A DNA stretch of 64,000 bases from Pseudomonadota bacterium (GTDB taxonomy: Bacteria > Pseudomonadota > Alphaproteobacteria > Paracaedibacterales > CAITNM01): the NCBI GenBank assembly GCA_046309815.1, contig JBKCOJ010000010.1, forward strand, positions 6,997 through 70,996. Direction: 5' to 3'. Below, piece by piece: positions 1 to 8,998 of the stretch. The translations under genes were made by a program, and so were the position numbers. A model generated the notes under the pieces. It saw nothing but the letters and a program-made list of their open reading frames with translations, was not told the origin of the DNA and did no database searches. How positions within the stretch are numbered: the stretch's first letter is position 1; each line of letters begins with the position of its first letter.

Positions 1-126
1 GCGGATGTTCAAACGCCAGTCATGACCATGTACATGACCTACCCCAGCGCATTAGAAGGGTTAGGTCGTATTCGTGCGTTGTATGAATTCTTAAAATCTG
101 AGCTTGATAAAAAACAGAAGAAATAG
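1..126 (+). CDS. 3' end of an unidentified protein-coding gene (partial, runs off the window start)
   Basis: Frame 1 is open from base 1 to TAG at 124-126 (...ALEGLGRIRALYEFLKSELDKKQKK*). No family can be recognised from 41 aa. Confidence 0.35.
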   Translation, partial: ADVQTPVMTMYMTYPSALEGLGRIRALYEFLKSELDKKQKK

Positions 127-286
127 ATTTTTCCTTTCTCATTTTCTCGTTAACTTGATAGTAATTGATTGCATTTATATTGATTAAATACAGCTCCTTT
201 AAGTGCTGTAGGCAAGCAAATTCTCTTAGTTTGATTAACTAAACGAATTTGTTTTTTTTATTCAATTCGTTTAATGGAGAAAATCA

Positions 287-577
287 ATGCAAATGAAATT
301 TTTATTGGGATTGGCTTTAGTTGTGTCTTTAGCTGCTGAATATAATGATAGAAATGGTGAAGATTTTGAAACATGCTTTGGAACAATACATCGCGCAACC
401 CATAAACTAGTTCTTACTACTACAACAGGTGAGGTTCATGCGGTCAAAAGAGGTCAGCAGTTATTCTTTCCAGCAGGTACTACACTTGGGGAAATCACAT
501 TGCCTAATAAGATCTGTCTTTCTCAAGCAATGACAAGAAAAGATATGGTGAAGGCACTTGCTGCATTTATGGAATAA
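287..577 (+). CDS. small hypothetical secreted protein (96 aa)
   Basis: ATG ORF with an N-terminal hydrophobic signal-like segment (MQMKFLLGLALVVSLAAE). A GGAG lies upstream. No recognisable family. Confidence 0.45.
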   Translation: MQMKFLLGLALVVSLAAEYNDRNGEDFETCFGTIHRATHKLVLTTTTGEVHAVKRGQQLFFPAGTTLGEITLPNKICLSQAMTRKDMVKALAAFME

Positions 578-579
578 AT

Positions 580-1524
580 TTAGTTAGCTGAAATTGTCTC
601 AAAGTATTTTTTGAGCAACTGATAATTAAGCGTGTGACTCGGGTTACACGCTTCATAATGACCAATCAATACATATTCTGCTAAAGCCATATCTCCAATA
701 GCATCCAATGCTTTATGACGCACAAGCTCATCATCGTACCGTAAGCCTTCTTCGTTCATGATAGCGCCTTTGTGAATCACAACAGTATTTTCTAGAGAAG
801 CACCTTTGGCAAGGCCTGCGGCCCATAATTTTTGAGCATCTTCATAAAAACCAAATGTTCTGGCTTTGGAGATGAGTGCTGCAAAATCATCCGTATTGTA
901 AGAGAATTGAATGGATTGTTCTTGTGTGAGACCTTCGTAACGATCGCTCGGCAAAAACTTTACGCTAAATAAATTTATGTCACGCGGACTAAGTTGCGCC
1001 CATCCATGTTCATTTTCAACTTTGACGGTGGTGGAAATTTTTAAAGAAGGGCGTTTCTTTGATTGGCGGATTGCCCCTGTTTCTTGCAAAGATTTGCAAA
1101 ACTCATCAGAACATCCATCCATGATGGGAACTTCTGGTCCATCAATGGTTATAAGTGCGTTGGTAATACCCATGCCGTAAAGAGCTGCGAGAATATGCTC
1201 GATAGTTGCTACAGAAACCCCAGAAGCATTGGAAATTGTTGTGCACATATTGGTTGAGCTGACTGTTTGCCAACTAGCTCGAATGCGATTTGGCTGATCT
1301 TCAATATCGGTGCGTTCAAAAATAATACCATGATCAACAGCTGCGGGATGGATAATCATGCATACAGCTTTACCGGAATGTACGCCAACACCGTGAAAAA
1401 TAATAGGGTTAGAAACGGTTTGCTGGTTAAAAAAATTCTTTTGAGAGAGCTTAACAGTTTCGCGTTGGCGAATGTTTACAACATCTGGTAGAACTTTGGC
1501 TGTATTGCTGATGATAGATTGCAT
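580..1524 (-). CDS. lpxC: UDP-3-O-acyl-N-acetylglucosamine deacetylase
   Basis: 314 aa with LpxC hallmarks: HGVGVHSGK, IEHILAAL, PIMDGCS, LVRHKALDAIGDMAL, PSHTLN. Confidence 0.95.
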   Translation of the reverse strand: MQSIISNTAKVLPDVVNIRQRETVKLSQKNFFNQQTVSNPIIFHGVGVHSGKAVCMIIHPAAVDHGIIFERTDIEDQPNRIRASWQTVSSTNMCTTISNASGVSVATIEHILAALYGMGITNALITIDGPEVPIMDGCSDEFCKSLQETGAIRQSKKRPSLKISTTVKVENEHGWAQLSPRDINLFSVKFLPSDRYEGLTQEQSIQFSYNTDDFAALISKARTFGFYEDAQKLWAAGLAKGASLENTVVIHKGAIMNEEGLRYDDELVRHKALDAIGDMALAEYVLIGHYEACNPSHTLNYQLLKKYFETISAN

Positions 1525-1649
1525 TAATCCTCCACTTATGCATGATGCCTTAAAAGCAAAGGAAAATTCAAACAGTGATATGTTACAAAATTTTACTTTT
1601 TAAAGAATTTATAGCGAATTATTTTTTTTATTTTGCTAAATTTCATAAC

Positions 1650-2063
1650 ATGAAAGTTATACATTTCACTTTAGAATCTATTGGCCAAGCAGCACGAGAG
1701 GTGAGTTTTTTGCTCAAGCCTGGAATGCCATTGCTGCTGTATGGAGAAATGGGCGCTGGAAAGACAACGCTTACAAAGCATATTGTACTGTCACTTGAGT
1801 GCTGTGAAGAAGTTACAAGCCCTACGTTTACGATTATGCAATCTTATGTGACAGTTCTTGGTACATTATGGCACATTGATTTGTACAGGTTGGATGAGCA
1901 TTCGACAGATGAACTTGGACTGGAAGAGCTTAATAAGCAAGACATGATGATTGTTGAATGGCCTGAAAGATTAAGAGCAAAATTTTTTTTAACGTATACA
2001 AAGGCAACATTAAAAGTTCTTGAAAATGGTACTCGAGAATTAGTGTTGGAGGTAGTGAATTGA
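1650..2063 (+). CDS. tsaE: tRNA t6A37 threonylcarbamoyl-adenosine biosynthesis ATPase TsaE
   Basis: P-loop GEMGAGKTTLTK, SPTFTI and HIDLYRL motifs typical of YjeE/TsaE. The ORF track starts at GTG 1575, but internal ATG 1650 (MKVIHF) fits the family length better. Confidence 0.85.
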   Translation: MKVIHFTLESIGQAAREVSFLLKPGMPLLLYGEMGAGKTTLTKHIVLSLECCEEVTSPTFTIMQSYVTVLGTLWHIDLYRLDEHSTDELGLEELNKQDMMIVEWPERLRAKFFLTYTKATLKVLENGTRELVLEVVN

Positions 2064-3040
2064 GCGAACGTAGTCCTGATTTTTTAAACAAGTATGATAA
2101 TTTTGAAAAGCAGTATTTAACAGCGGATTTTTCTCCACGCAAATATTTTAGATGGATAAACGGCGGATCTACTTTTGTGTTAATGGATTGTCCAAACATT
2201 GATTCATTAAAAGCATTTATGCGAATGGATAAGTATTTAATATCTCAAGGTTTAAGTGCGCCTGAGATTATTGAAGCAGATGAAGAGAATGGGTATTTGC
2301 TTTTGGAAGATTTCGGTGATGCGACTTATACAAAAGTTTTGCAAACAAGTCCTCAACGAGAGCAAGAACTTTATACATCGGCGGTTGATGTATTGATACA
2401 TTTGCAAGAGCGCAGTGATACAACAGTATCCTTTGTAAAAGACTATACAGTTGAGTTTGGGCTTACTAAGGTGGAACAATTTTTACTTCATTATTATCCC
2501 AAAGTGATGAACGAAGATGTATCAGAAATAGATAAAAATAGTTATTTGAATTCGTGGAAAAGCGCTTTGGAGTTAGCTTTGCAGACAAAAAAAAGTATTT
2601 TTATGCGCGATTATCACGTGGATAATTTGATGGATTTAAAAGAAAGGGCCAGGCCAAAAAATGTTGGTTTGCTCGACTTTCAAGATGCTGTCTGGGCCCC
2701 TGTAGCAGGAGATTTAGTCTCTTTACTCGAAGATGCGCGCAGGGAGGTTTCAGTAGAGTTAACAAATCACTTATGGAAAAGATTTTTAGATGCGCATCCT
2801 AAAGGCGATCACCAAGAAATTTATGTGGCTGGTCTTATTCTAAGTGCAGTTCGTCATGCGCGTATTTTAGGACTTTTTACAAAAGTTGCGGTTGAGCGTG
2901 GTGATAAAAGATTTTTAAAACAAATTCCTCATTTGTGGAACATGTTGAACCGATGCTGCTTGATTGAGGAATTGAAGCCTGTGCGGCAGTGGTTTGATAT
3001 ACATGTACCGAACGCAAAGCGAGTAATTCCTATATTATGA
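2060..3040 (+). CDS. amgK: aminoglycoside-phosphotransferase-fold kinase, AmgK-like (anomeric MurNAc/GlcNAc kinase)
   Basis: APH-fold catalytic motifs (RDYHVDNLM, LLDFQDA). TTGA overlap with tsaE and ATGA overlap with the downstream nucleotidyltransferase, giving the tsaE-amgK-murU order known in alphaproteobacteria. Confidence 0.7.
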   Translation: MSERSPDFLNKYDNFEKQYLTADFSPRKYFRWINGGSTFVLMDCPNIDSLKAFMRMDKYLISQGLSAPEIIEADEENGYLLLEDFGDATYTKVLQTSPQREQELYTSAVDVLIHLQERSDTTVSFVKDYTVEFGLTKVEQFLLHYYPKVMNEDVSEIDKNSYLNSWKSALELALQTKKSIFMRDYHVDNLMDLKERARPKNVGLLDFQDAVWAPVAGDLVSLLEDARREVSVELTNHLWKRFLDAHPKGDHQEIYVAGLILSAVRHARILGLFTKVAVERGDKRFLKQIPHLWNMLNRCCLIEELKPVRQWFDIHVPNAKRVIPIL

Positions 3041-3744
3041 TGAATATTTCTTCCACCGCAATGATATTAGCAGCAGGGTTTGGTAAACGCCTTGGAGATA
3101 TCACAAAAAATACGCCGAAACCGCTGGTATCGATTGGCGATACATGCTGTTTAGACATATCCGTCAATGCATTAAAACAAGCAGGTTTTAAGCGAATTAT
3201 TATTAATACGCATTATCTTGCTGAGCAGATTGAAGCGTATGTAAAATGTTATCGTGATGTGGAAATCATTTTAAGTCATGAAGAGGTGCTTCTTGAAACA
3301 GCGGGAGGCATTCGTAAGGTGCTAGAAGAATTTGGTGATAAACCTTTTGTGGTGATAAATGCGGATATGTATTGGCAAGATACGAATCCTTCGGTGATTC
3401 ATCGTATGGCTAAGGGGATGCGAGAAATGGATGATTTTTGCTTATGCGTCACGCCGCTTGAAAATGCACAAGGTCATCCAGGTAAGGGAGATTTTGTATT
3501 TGAAAATGGACAAATGCGCAAACCAACAGAGTCTGATTCGGTGCAGGATCGTTATGTATACATAGGCGTGCAATTGGTTAATCCAAGAATTATAGCACCT
3601 TTGAAAATAGAACCGCTGGCATTGCCAGGCTTGTATGCAAAAGCTTTACAACAGCAATCTTTAAAAGGCTGTATTTTTGAAGGTACCTGGATTGATGTGG
3701 GTAGTATTGAGGGTCTGACATTAGCAAGAAATTTAAGCGCATAA
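3037..3744 (+). CDS. murU: nucleotidyltransferase, MurU-like (MurNAc-1-phosphate uridylyltransferase)
   Basis: N-terminal ILAAGFGKRLGDITKNTPKPLV sugar-nucleotidyltransferase motif. 235 aa, coupled to the amgK-like gene. Confidence 0.7.
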   Translation: MMNISSTAMILAAGFGKRLGDITKNTPKPLVSIGDTCCLDISVNALKQAGFKRIIINTHYLAEQIEAYVKCYRDVEIILSHEEVLLETAGGIRKVLEEFGDKPFVVINADMYWQDTNPSVIHRMAKGMREMDDFCLCVTPLENAQGHPGKGDFVFENGQMRKPTESDSVQDRYVYIGVQLVNPRIIAPLKIEPLALPGLYAKALQQQSLKGCIFEGTWIDVGSIEGLTLARNLSA

Positions 3745-3840
3745 GATATTGCATAAAGCTTATTAAACAATTTTGCATTAACGAATTATTAAGGCAAATC
3801 ATGAGATCATAAAGATACTTAATAGGCATCTTTATGCAAA

Positions 3841-4248
3841 ATGGTTGGTATTGTATTTATTTTGTTTTTAGTGACGCATACACTGCACGCTGAGATGGAT
3901 GAGCAAAACGGAAAACGTTCTGCAAAAAATGCTTTTGTGTCAATGCGAAATACTTGGGAAGCCCTGAAGGAAGAAGCGGAGCTAAAAAAGAAAAGGAAGT
4001 TTGGTCTTGGTAATACAGCCAATAAAGACTCAAGTAAGCAAAATACACGCCAATTAACACCAGTTAAAGTTTCTATGCTAGAAGATAAAGTTCGCTTAGC
4101 GAGCTATGAACCAGTTGCATACAAACCAGGAAAGAATTTAGATCTCACTCCTCCTCAAGAGCAGCTTAAATTAAGAACTGAAGTGCGCCATCATGAATAT
4201 ATAGCTCACCAACCTTTGAAACCGATGTATCTACGTGTCTCGGAATAA
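3841..4248 (+). CDS. hypothetical Lys-rich secreted protein (135 aa)
   Basis: Signal-like N-terminus MVGIVFILFLVTHTLHA. Low-complexity basic body. No family recognised. Confidence 0.4.
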   Translation: MVGIVFILFLVTHTLHAEMDEQNGKRSAKNAFVSMRNTWEALKEEAELKKKRKFGLGNTANKDSSKQNTRQLTPVKVSMLEDKVRLASYEPVAYKPGKNLDLTPPQEQLKLRTEVRHHEYIAHQPLKPMYLRVSE

Positions 4249-4326
4249 CGCTTTCTATTGATTTTTTGTTAATAAAAAATTTATTAAATTTTATCATAAT
4301 AAAAAGAAAAATTAGAATAAAAAACA

Positions 4327-6174
4327 GTGAGCTCATCAAGCGCCTTTAACACATTAGATTTTCTTAAGCCTTTGCAACGAGCTCGATTAGCGACTGTGGC
4401 AGTTGAGGAAATTGTGCTTGCAGGTGAGACAATTTTTAAAGAAGGAGCATCATCTGAATTTTTTTATGTATTGCTTTCTGGAAAAGTTGAGCTAAAAAAC
4501 AAAATTCGAAAAGAGCTTATTCACAGAGATAATTTTTTTGGAACAGAAGTACCTTGTGGAATTGAGCAGTATCTTTTTACTGCTGTAGCTAAAAGTAAAT
4601 GCAAACTTTTAAAAATAAAAAAAGATATTTTGTACGATACAATTGATCATCTAGATTTACAAAAATTTCAGAAGCGCTTTTTACAAAATTTCGTTGGTGC
4701 ATTTTATCCTAAAAATTTTCTTGTGTTTAAGAAGGATTCTGTAGAGCGGTTATTTGCTCAAGCAGATCGATTTTGGATTGATTGCATAGGTTGGGTATTA
4801 GCGGCAATTGTTCCTTTTATTACCCATTGGTTGCTTAGTAAAACTACGATGAATAATCAGAGTATGATATTTTTATCTGTTTTATCTGCGTGGTCGGTGA
4901 TTGCTTCTTTTCGTTTGATGTCAGATTATGTTGCAACCATGGCAACGATTTTCCTCCTAATTGGTGGAGGTGTTGTTAAAACAAAAGTTATTTTAGCTGG
5001 ATTTAGTTCCAGTAATTTTATTGTAGCATTAAGTCTTTTAGGGCTATCAAGTGTCCTTGTTTCTTCAGGTGTGATATACCGAATTCTTTTAAAAATCTTA
5101 AAGTTTTGCTCGCCTTCTTACTGGAGAGATAATCTTATTTTATTAAGTATAGGGGGCTGGTTGACGCTGGGAGTGCCTGCCTTTTTATTGCGCATGGATA
5201 TGATGAAAATCTTTTACCAGGATACATTACGTATTCGCAATATTGCAGAAGGTACAAATCAAGCGCGAGCGATGGGATTTAGTGCTTATTGTGGGGCAGG
5301 CATTTTTTCACAAAGTATTTTAAGTGCCTCTATGATGCATTTTGTTTTATTGGGGTTATTTTGGGGGCAATACGCTAGTCGATTTGATTGGTGGGGTTGG
5401 TTTTTTGCTTCTTTAGGTTCTCTGGCCGTTCTTCTTTCTGGTTATCTTTTTATTCTTTTTACGTTTTTTGGAAGAAATGTAAAGACCGCAAAACCTAGTA
5501 AAAATAGTCCTTATTTAGATGATATTTTAAAGATTTTAGGGCCGACATCTTCTACGGAAAAAGCATCTCTTATTTGTATGATTGGTGCGATTATTAGCCT
5601 CGCAACCGTTAGTTTGCACGATATAGAGCCTGATGTTATTTGCTTGCTAATCTTACTTTTTCTTTTTACGTTTCAATTTATGAACGATAAAGGATTTCAA
5701 ACGCGCATCAAGTGGGATTTTTTGATTTTTATGTGCGGATTATCTGGTATTGCTTTTGCAGCCAGTGATGTGGGTTTAATTGGTTGGCTTGAAGACAATA
5801 CAAAATGGATGGGCGAATATTTAAATCATCATTTTTTTGAATTAACTACTTTTATGATTCTATTTACATTAGCGGTGCAGTTGATTCTGCCCCGAGATGT
5901 GAATATCAACATCTTGAGCATTATGTTTATCCCCTTATTTCAAAAAAATGGTGTGAGTCCATGGGTGGCGGTTTTCATCGTAAATACTATTGGAAGAATA
6001 TGGTTTTTAGAATATCAAGAGCCAGAGTATACTGTGTTTTTAAGACAGTCAAAAAATTTCTCAGCTAAAGCTGCAAAGAGTCTCAAAAGGGCTCGTATGT
6101 ACTTAAATATTTTTTACGTTATTTCCATTTATGTTGGGATTTTCTACTGGAAATGGATAGGAGTTTTGCAATGA
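4327..6174 (+). CDS. cyclic-nucleotide-binding domain fused to an SLC13/DASS-like (ArsB/NhaD superfamily) polytopic permease
   Basis: GTG start. The first ~120 aa look like a CAP/cNMP-binding beta-roll (GETIFKEGASSEFFYVLLSGKVELK). The rest is multi-TM, with segments resembling DASS halves (SDYVATMATIFLLIGGGVV..., IKWDFLIFMCGLSGIAFAASDVGLIGWL). Confidence 0.65.
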   Translation: MSSSSAFNTLDFLKPLQRARLATVAVEEIVLAGETIFKEGASSEFFYVLLSGKVELKNKIRKELIHRDNFFGTEVPCGIEQYLFTAVAKSKCKLLKIKKDILYDTIDHLDLQKFQKRFLQNFVGAFYPKNFLVFKKDSVERLFAQADRFWIDCIGWVLAAIVPFITHWLLSKTTMNNQSMIFLSVLSAWSVIASFRLMSDYVATMATIFLLIGGGVVKTKVILAGFSSSNFIVALSLLGLSSVLVSSGVIYRILLKILKFCSPSYWRDNLILLSIGGWLTLGVPAFLLRMDMMKIFYQDTLRIRNIAEGTNQARAMGFSAYCGAGIFSQSILSASMMHFVLLGLFWGQYASRFDWWGWFFASLGSLAVLLSGYLFILFTFFGRNVKTAKPSKNSPYLDDILKILGPTSSTEKASLICMIGAIISLATVSLHDIEPDVICLLILLFLFTFQFMNDKGFQTRIKWDFLIFMCGLSGIAFAASDVGLIGWLEDNTKWMGEYLNHHFFELTTFMILFTLAVQLILPRDVNINILSIMFIPLFQKNGVSPWVAVFIVNTIGRIWFLEYQEPEYTVFLRQSKNFSAKAAKSLKRARMYLNIFYVISIYVGIFYWKWIGVLQ

Positions 6175-7235
6175 TCAATAATATTGATACAGCTAAACGC
6201 AGAACTTCATTTTTACAGTTGCTAAAGGGAATAGTTTTTTCAAGCCTTTTAGGTTTACTTTTTCTCTATAATTTTAATCGACCAAGAATCATGATTGTAC
6301 ACAGTTATGACCCGACAATGGATATTGTTAAAGATTTTGATAATGGCGCAAAGAAAACTCTTGAAAGTGAAATAGAGCCACTATTGCAGACTTACTACCT
6401 TAATATGGTCAACAAGAGCACAATGAAAAAAAAAGTTGATGCGGGTAAGGAAGCAAGAATTTCTATTAATCGTTTTAGTCCTAATGTGCTTATTGCTGTA
6501 GGTGACGAAGCGCAGGAATTTGTAGCACAGTTCTACCTTAATCATAAGAAAGTAAAAATAATTTTTGCAGGCATTAAAGGAGATGTAAAAAAATTCAATT
6601 ATATACCCGGAGAAAATGTTGAAGGAGTTATTGAAATTCCGCAAATCAATGAACTGAATATTCTTATCAAAACCATGTTTCCAAATAAAAAAAATATTAG
6701 GCTTGCGCATTTAGGCGATAGGTCGACTATCGTGAACCTAACAGAACATACTTTAATGCATCATGATTGGGACAATGTGGAATTTGAGGATTCGGTAAAA
6801 GTAACTGATGCCGATAATTTTAAAAGAGCCGCTATATTATTAAATAAACAGTGTGATGTCCTACTCATTTCAAGTTATAAAGGTTTAAAAAGTGAGTTGG
6901 AAAATGATGATGAGATCATTTCAGATGAGCTGATGCAATGGGTGTTGGATAATACGTCTGTTCCTATTATTTCAACCTTAGGGTATGCGGTTGAAGAAGG
7001 GGCGGGAGTTGCGATTGTTTCATCTGCATACGAACAGGGCATGCTGGCTACAGGATTAGCTTTATCCATACTTGCAGAGAAAAAGAAGGTCGAAAGTGTG
7101 ACGTCTAAAGTATTTGCTGTCTATCTCAATGATAATCATATTAAAAAGCGAGGAATTCATATACCGCCAATCTACAGATCTTTTGCTATTGGAACGCAAA
7201 AATTATATGGCTGCGGCAAAGAGGCTTGCCTATGA
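6171..7235 (+). CDS. membrane-anchored periplasmic binding protein, ABC_sub_bind (PF04392)-like
   Basis: ATG 6171 overlaps the upstream TGA (ATGA) and is preceded by GGAG. One N-terminal TM, then RIMIVHSYDP..., NVEGVIEIP..., VPIISTLGYAVEEGAGVAIV resembling the PF04392 layout. Confidence 0.55.
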   Translation: MINNIDTAKRRTSFLQLLKGIVFSSLLGLLFLYNFNRPRIMIVHSYDPTMDIVKDFDNGAKKTLESEIEPLLQTYYLNMVNKSTMKKKVDAGKEARISINRFSPNVLIAVGDEAQEFVAQFYLNHKKVKIIFAGIKGDVKKFNYIPGENVEGVIEIPQINELNILIKTMFPNKKNIRLAHLGDRSTIVNLTEHTLMHHDWDNVEFEDSVKVTDADNFKRAAILLNKQCDVLLISSYKGLKSELENDDEIISDELMQWVLDNTSVPIISTLGYAVEEGAGVAIVSSAYEQGMLATGLALSILAEKKKVESVTSKVFAVYLNDNHIKKRGIHIPPIYRSFAIGTQKLYGCGKEACL

Positions 7236-8167
7236 AGATTATTCTTTTTCTTATTTTGTTATCTTCATGGTATTGCGTTGAAGGTAGAATTCAAGTATGT
7301 CAAACAGGGTCTTCTTCCGTGTATCCTTTTGCGATGAAAGTTGCTCAAGAATTTTTTAAAAAAACAAAGCATCTCGCACCCCTAATTGAAAGCACAAGCA
7401 CAGGAAGAGGTTTCGTTGACTTTTGTCTTGAAAATGATTTTTGGTATGACGTTATCAGTGCCTCTAGACCTATTAAAGATCAAGAGCTTGAACAATGCAA
7501 AGGCAGGTCCAGGGTGCCAATTTTGGAAATATGCATTGGTCTTGATGGAATCGCAGTTGCTGTAAAGAAGAGTTCAAAGGGTTTTGAAAGCCTTCGTTTG
7601 CAAGATTTATTCAAAGCTATTGTTAAGAAAATCAAGGATAATGATGGGGTATTAGTTGATAATCCCTATAAAAAATGGAGTGAGATTAATCCTAAATTGC
7701 CAAATATACCTATTCGTATTTTGATACCTTCCAAAGCGCATGGCACACGGGATGCCTTTGAACATCTTGTACTTGGAGGAGAACATGAAATTAGAGACAG
7801 CCAAGAAGTGAGAGAAATTACTGATTATGAGTCAGCAGATAGTCATAATTTACTTTTTGAGTTTCTTGAGCGTAATTCAGGGACGCTAGCATTTGTTGGA
7901 ATGAATCTTTTAAGTAATCATACATCTGTTAAGCCTTTGCCAATCAATGCGATAGAGCCGACTTTTATTAATATGCAGCAACAACGATATCCGCTGGTGC
8001 GAAAATTATTTATTTATTTACGAAAAGAAAACTATAGAAGAGTAGATAGCCTTAAACCTTATATAAACGAGTGGCTAAGCGCCGATGCTAGTGGTGAAGA
8101 GGGCTATCTTACAAAAATGGGATTGATCCCACTCTCAAGAAGCTCTCAAAGGCAGAGAATTCTTTAA
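7232..8167 (+). CDS. PstS-family (PBP_like_2) periplasmic phosphate/anion-binding protein
   Basis: ATG 7232 overlaps the upstream TGA (ATGA), with AGAGG upstream. Signal peptide, then GSSSVYPFA and GTRDAFE motifs typical of PstS-like binding proteins. Confidence 0.75.
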   Translation: MKIILFLILLSSWYCVEGRIQVCQTGSSSVYPFAMKVAQEFFKKTKHLAPLIESTSTGRGFVDFCLENDFWYDVISASRPIKDQELEQCKGRSRVPILEICIGLDGIAVAVKKSSKGFESLRLQDLFKAIVKKIKDNDGVLVDNPYKKWSEINPKLPNIPIRILIPSKAHGTRDAFEHLVLGGEHEIRDSQEVREITDYESADSHNLLFEFLERNSGTLAFVGMNLLSNHTSVKPLPINAIEPTFINMQQQRYPLVRKLFIYLRKENYRRVDSLKPYINEWLSADASGEEGYLTKMGLIPLSRSSQRQRIL

Positions 8168-8214
8168 ATATTTACTTGGCATGACTCTTGCATAAAGTAG
8201 CAAAAGGAGTAGTC

Positions 8215-8961
8215 ATGCTTAAGCTTCTAATAGCGATACATTGTTATTTTTTGTGTCTTTTTGCAAATCCACAATATAATTCTTTTCTTAAAATGCAGGA
8301 AAAGGCACATGGTATTCCTCCGTCTTTGCTGCAGGCTATTTCTCATGTTGAATCAGGAAGAAAAGTAGCAGGAAAGATTACTCCATGGCCTTGGACCATC
8401 AATGTTGAAGGGAAAGGGTATATTTTTGAGACAAAGCAAAAAGCCATTCAAGCAGTTGAAAAATTTCAACGGATGGGAGCAAAAAGCATTGATGTAGGAA
8501 TTATGCAAATTAATTTGCGTCACCATCCTCATGCATTTCATAATCTTGAAGAGGCTTTTGATCCTCAATTAAATATTGCTTATGGTGCTAAATTTTTAAA
8601 GCAATTATTTCTGCAGCATAAGAGCTGGAATCTTGCTGTAGGTCATTACCATTCAGCAACACCAAAGTTTCATAATGCTTATAAGCAAAGGGTATTTTCA
8701 AATTGGTCGCATCTTACTCATGCAAAAGATCAACCTCGAATTGAGCGTGCTGTTATGAAATTTGATGAGGTGGAAACCGAAGAACCGGCAAAGCCAAAAG
8801 TGGTCAGGAGGTCAGTGCCCCAAGAAATACGTCCTTTCGCAAAAGTAACAAAAGTTTATTATTCTCTTGATTCGACGGGGCCATCTGAGCCTTTAACGCC
8901 TGTAAAAACAAGTTATACATTAGAAAACTCACGAGATAAGCAGTATTATTCCCTAGATTAG
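8215..8961 (+). CDS. lytic transglycosylase (SLT domain) with C-terminal extension
   Basis: ISHVESGR...PWPWTINVEGKGY...DVGIMQIN...AVGHYHS motifs. AAGGAG lies 5 nt before ATG 8215 (the track ORF starts at TTG 8188). Confidence 0.8.
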   Translation: MLKLLIAIHCYFLCLFANPQYNSFLKMQEKAHGIPPSLLQAISHVESGRKVAGKITPWPWTINVEGKGYIFETKQKAIQAVEKFQRMGAKSIDVGIMQINLRHHPHAFHNLEEAFDPQLNIAYGAKFLKQLFLQHKSWNLAVGHYHSATPKFHNAYKQRVFSNWSHLTHAKDQPRIERAVMKFDEVETEEPAKPKVVRRSVPQEIRPFAKVTKVYYSLDSTGPSEPLTPVKTSYTLENSRDKQYYSLD

Positions 8962-8998
8962 GTATCAATGGTTATAGTATTTGGAAAATAGATAGCTA

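Noticed and set aside
977-1491. Three + strand ORFs (977-1180, 1063-1257, 1267-1491) inside lpxC
   Set aside because: They lie antisense to a confidently identified gene, have no SD, and their products have odd composition. They are shadow ORFs.
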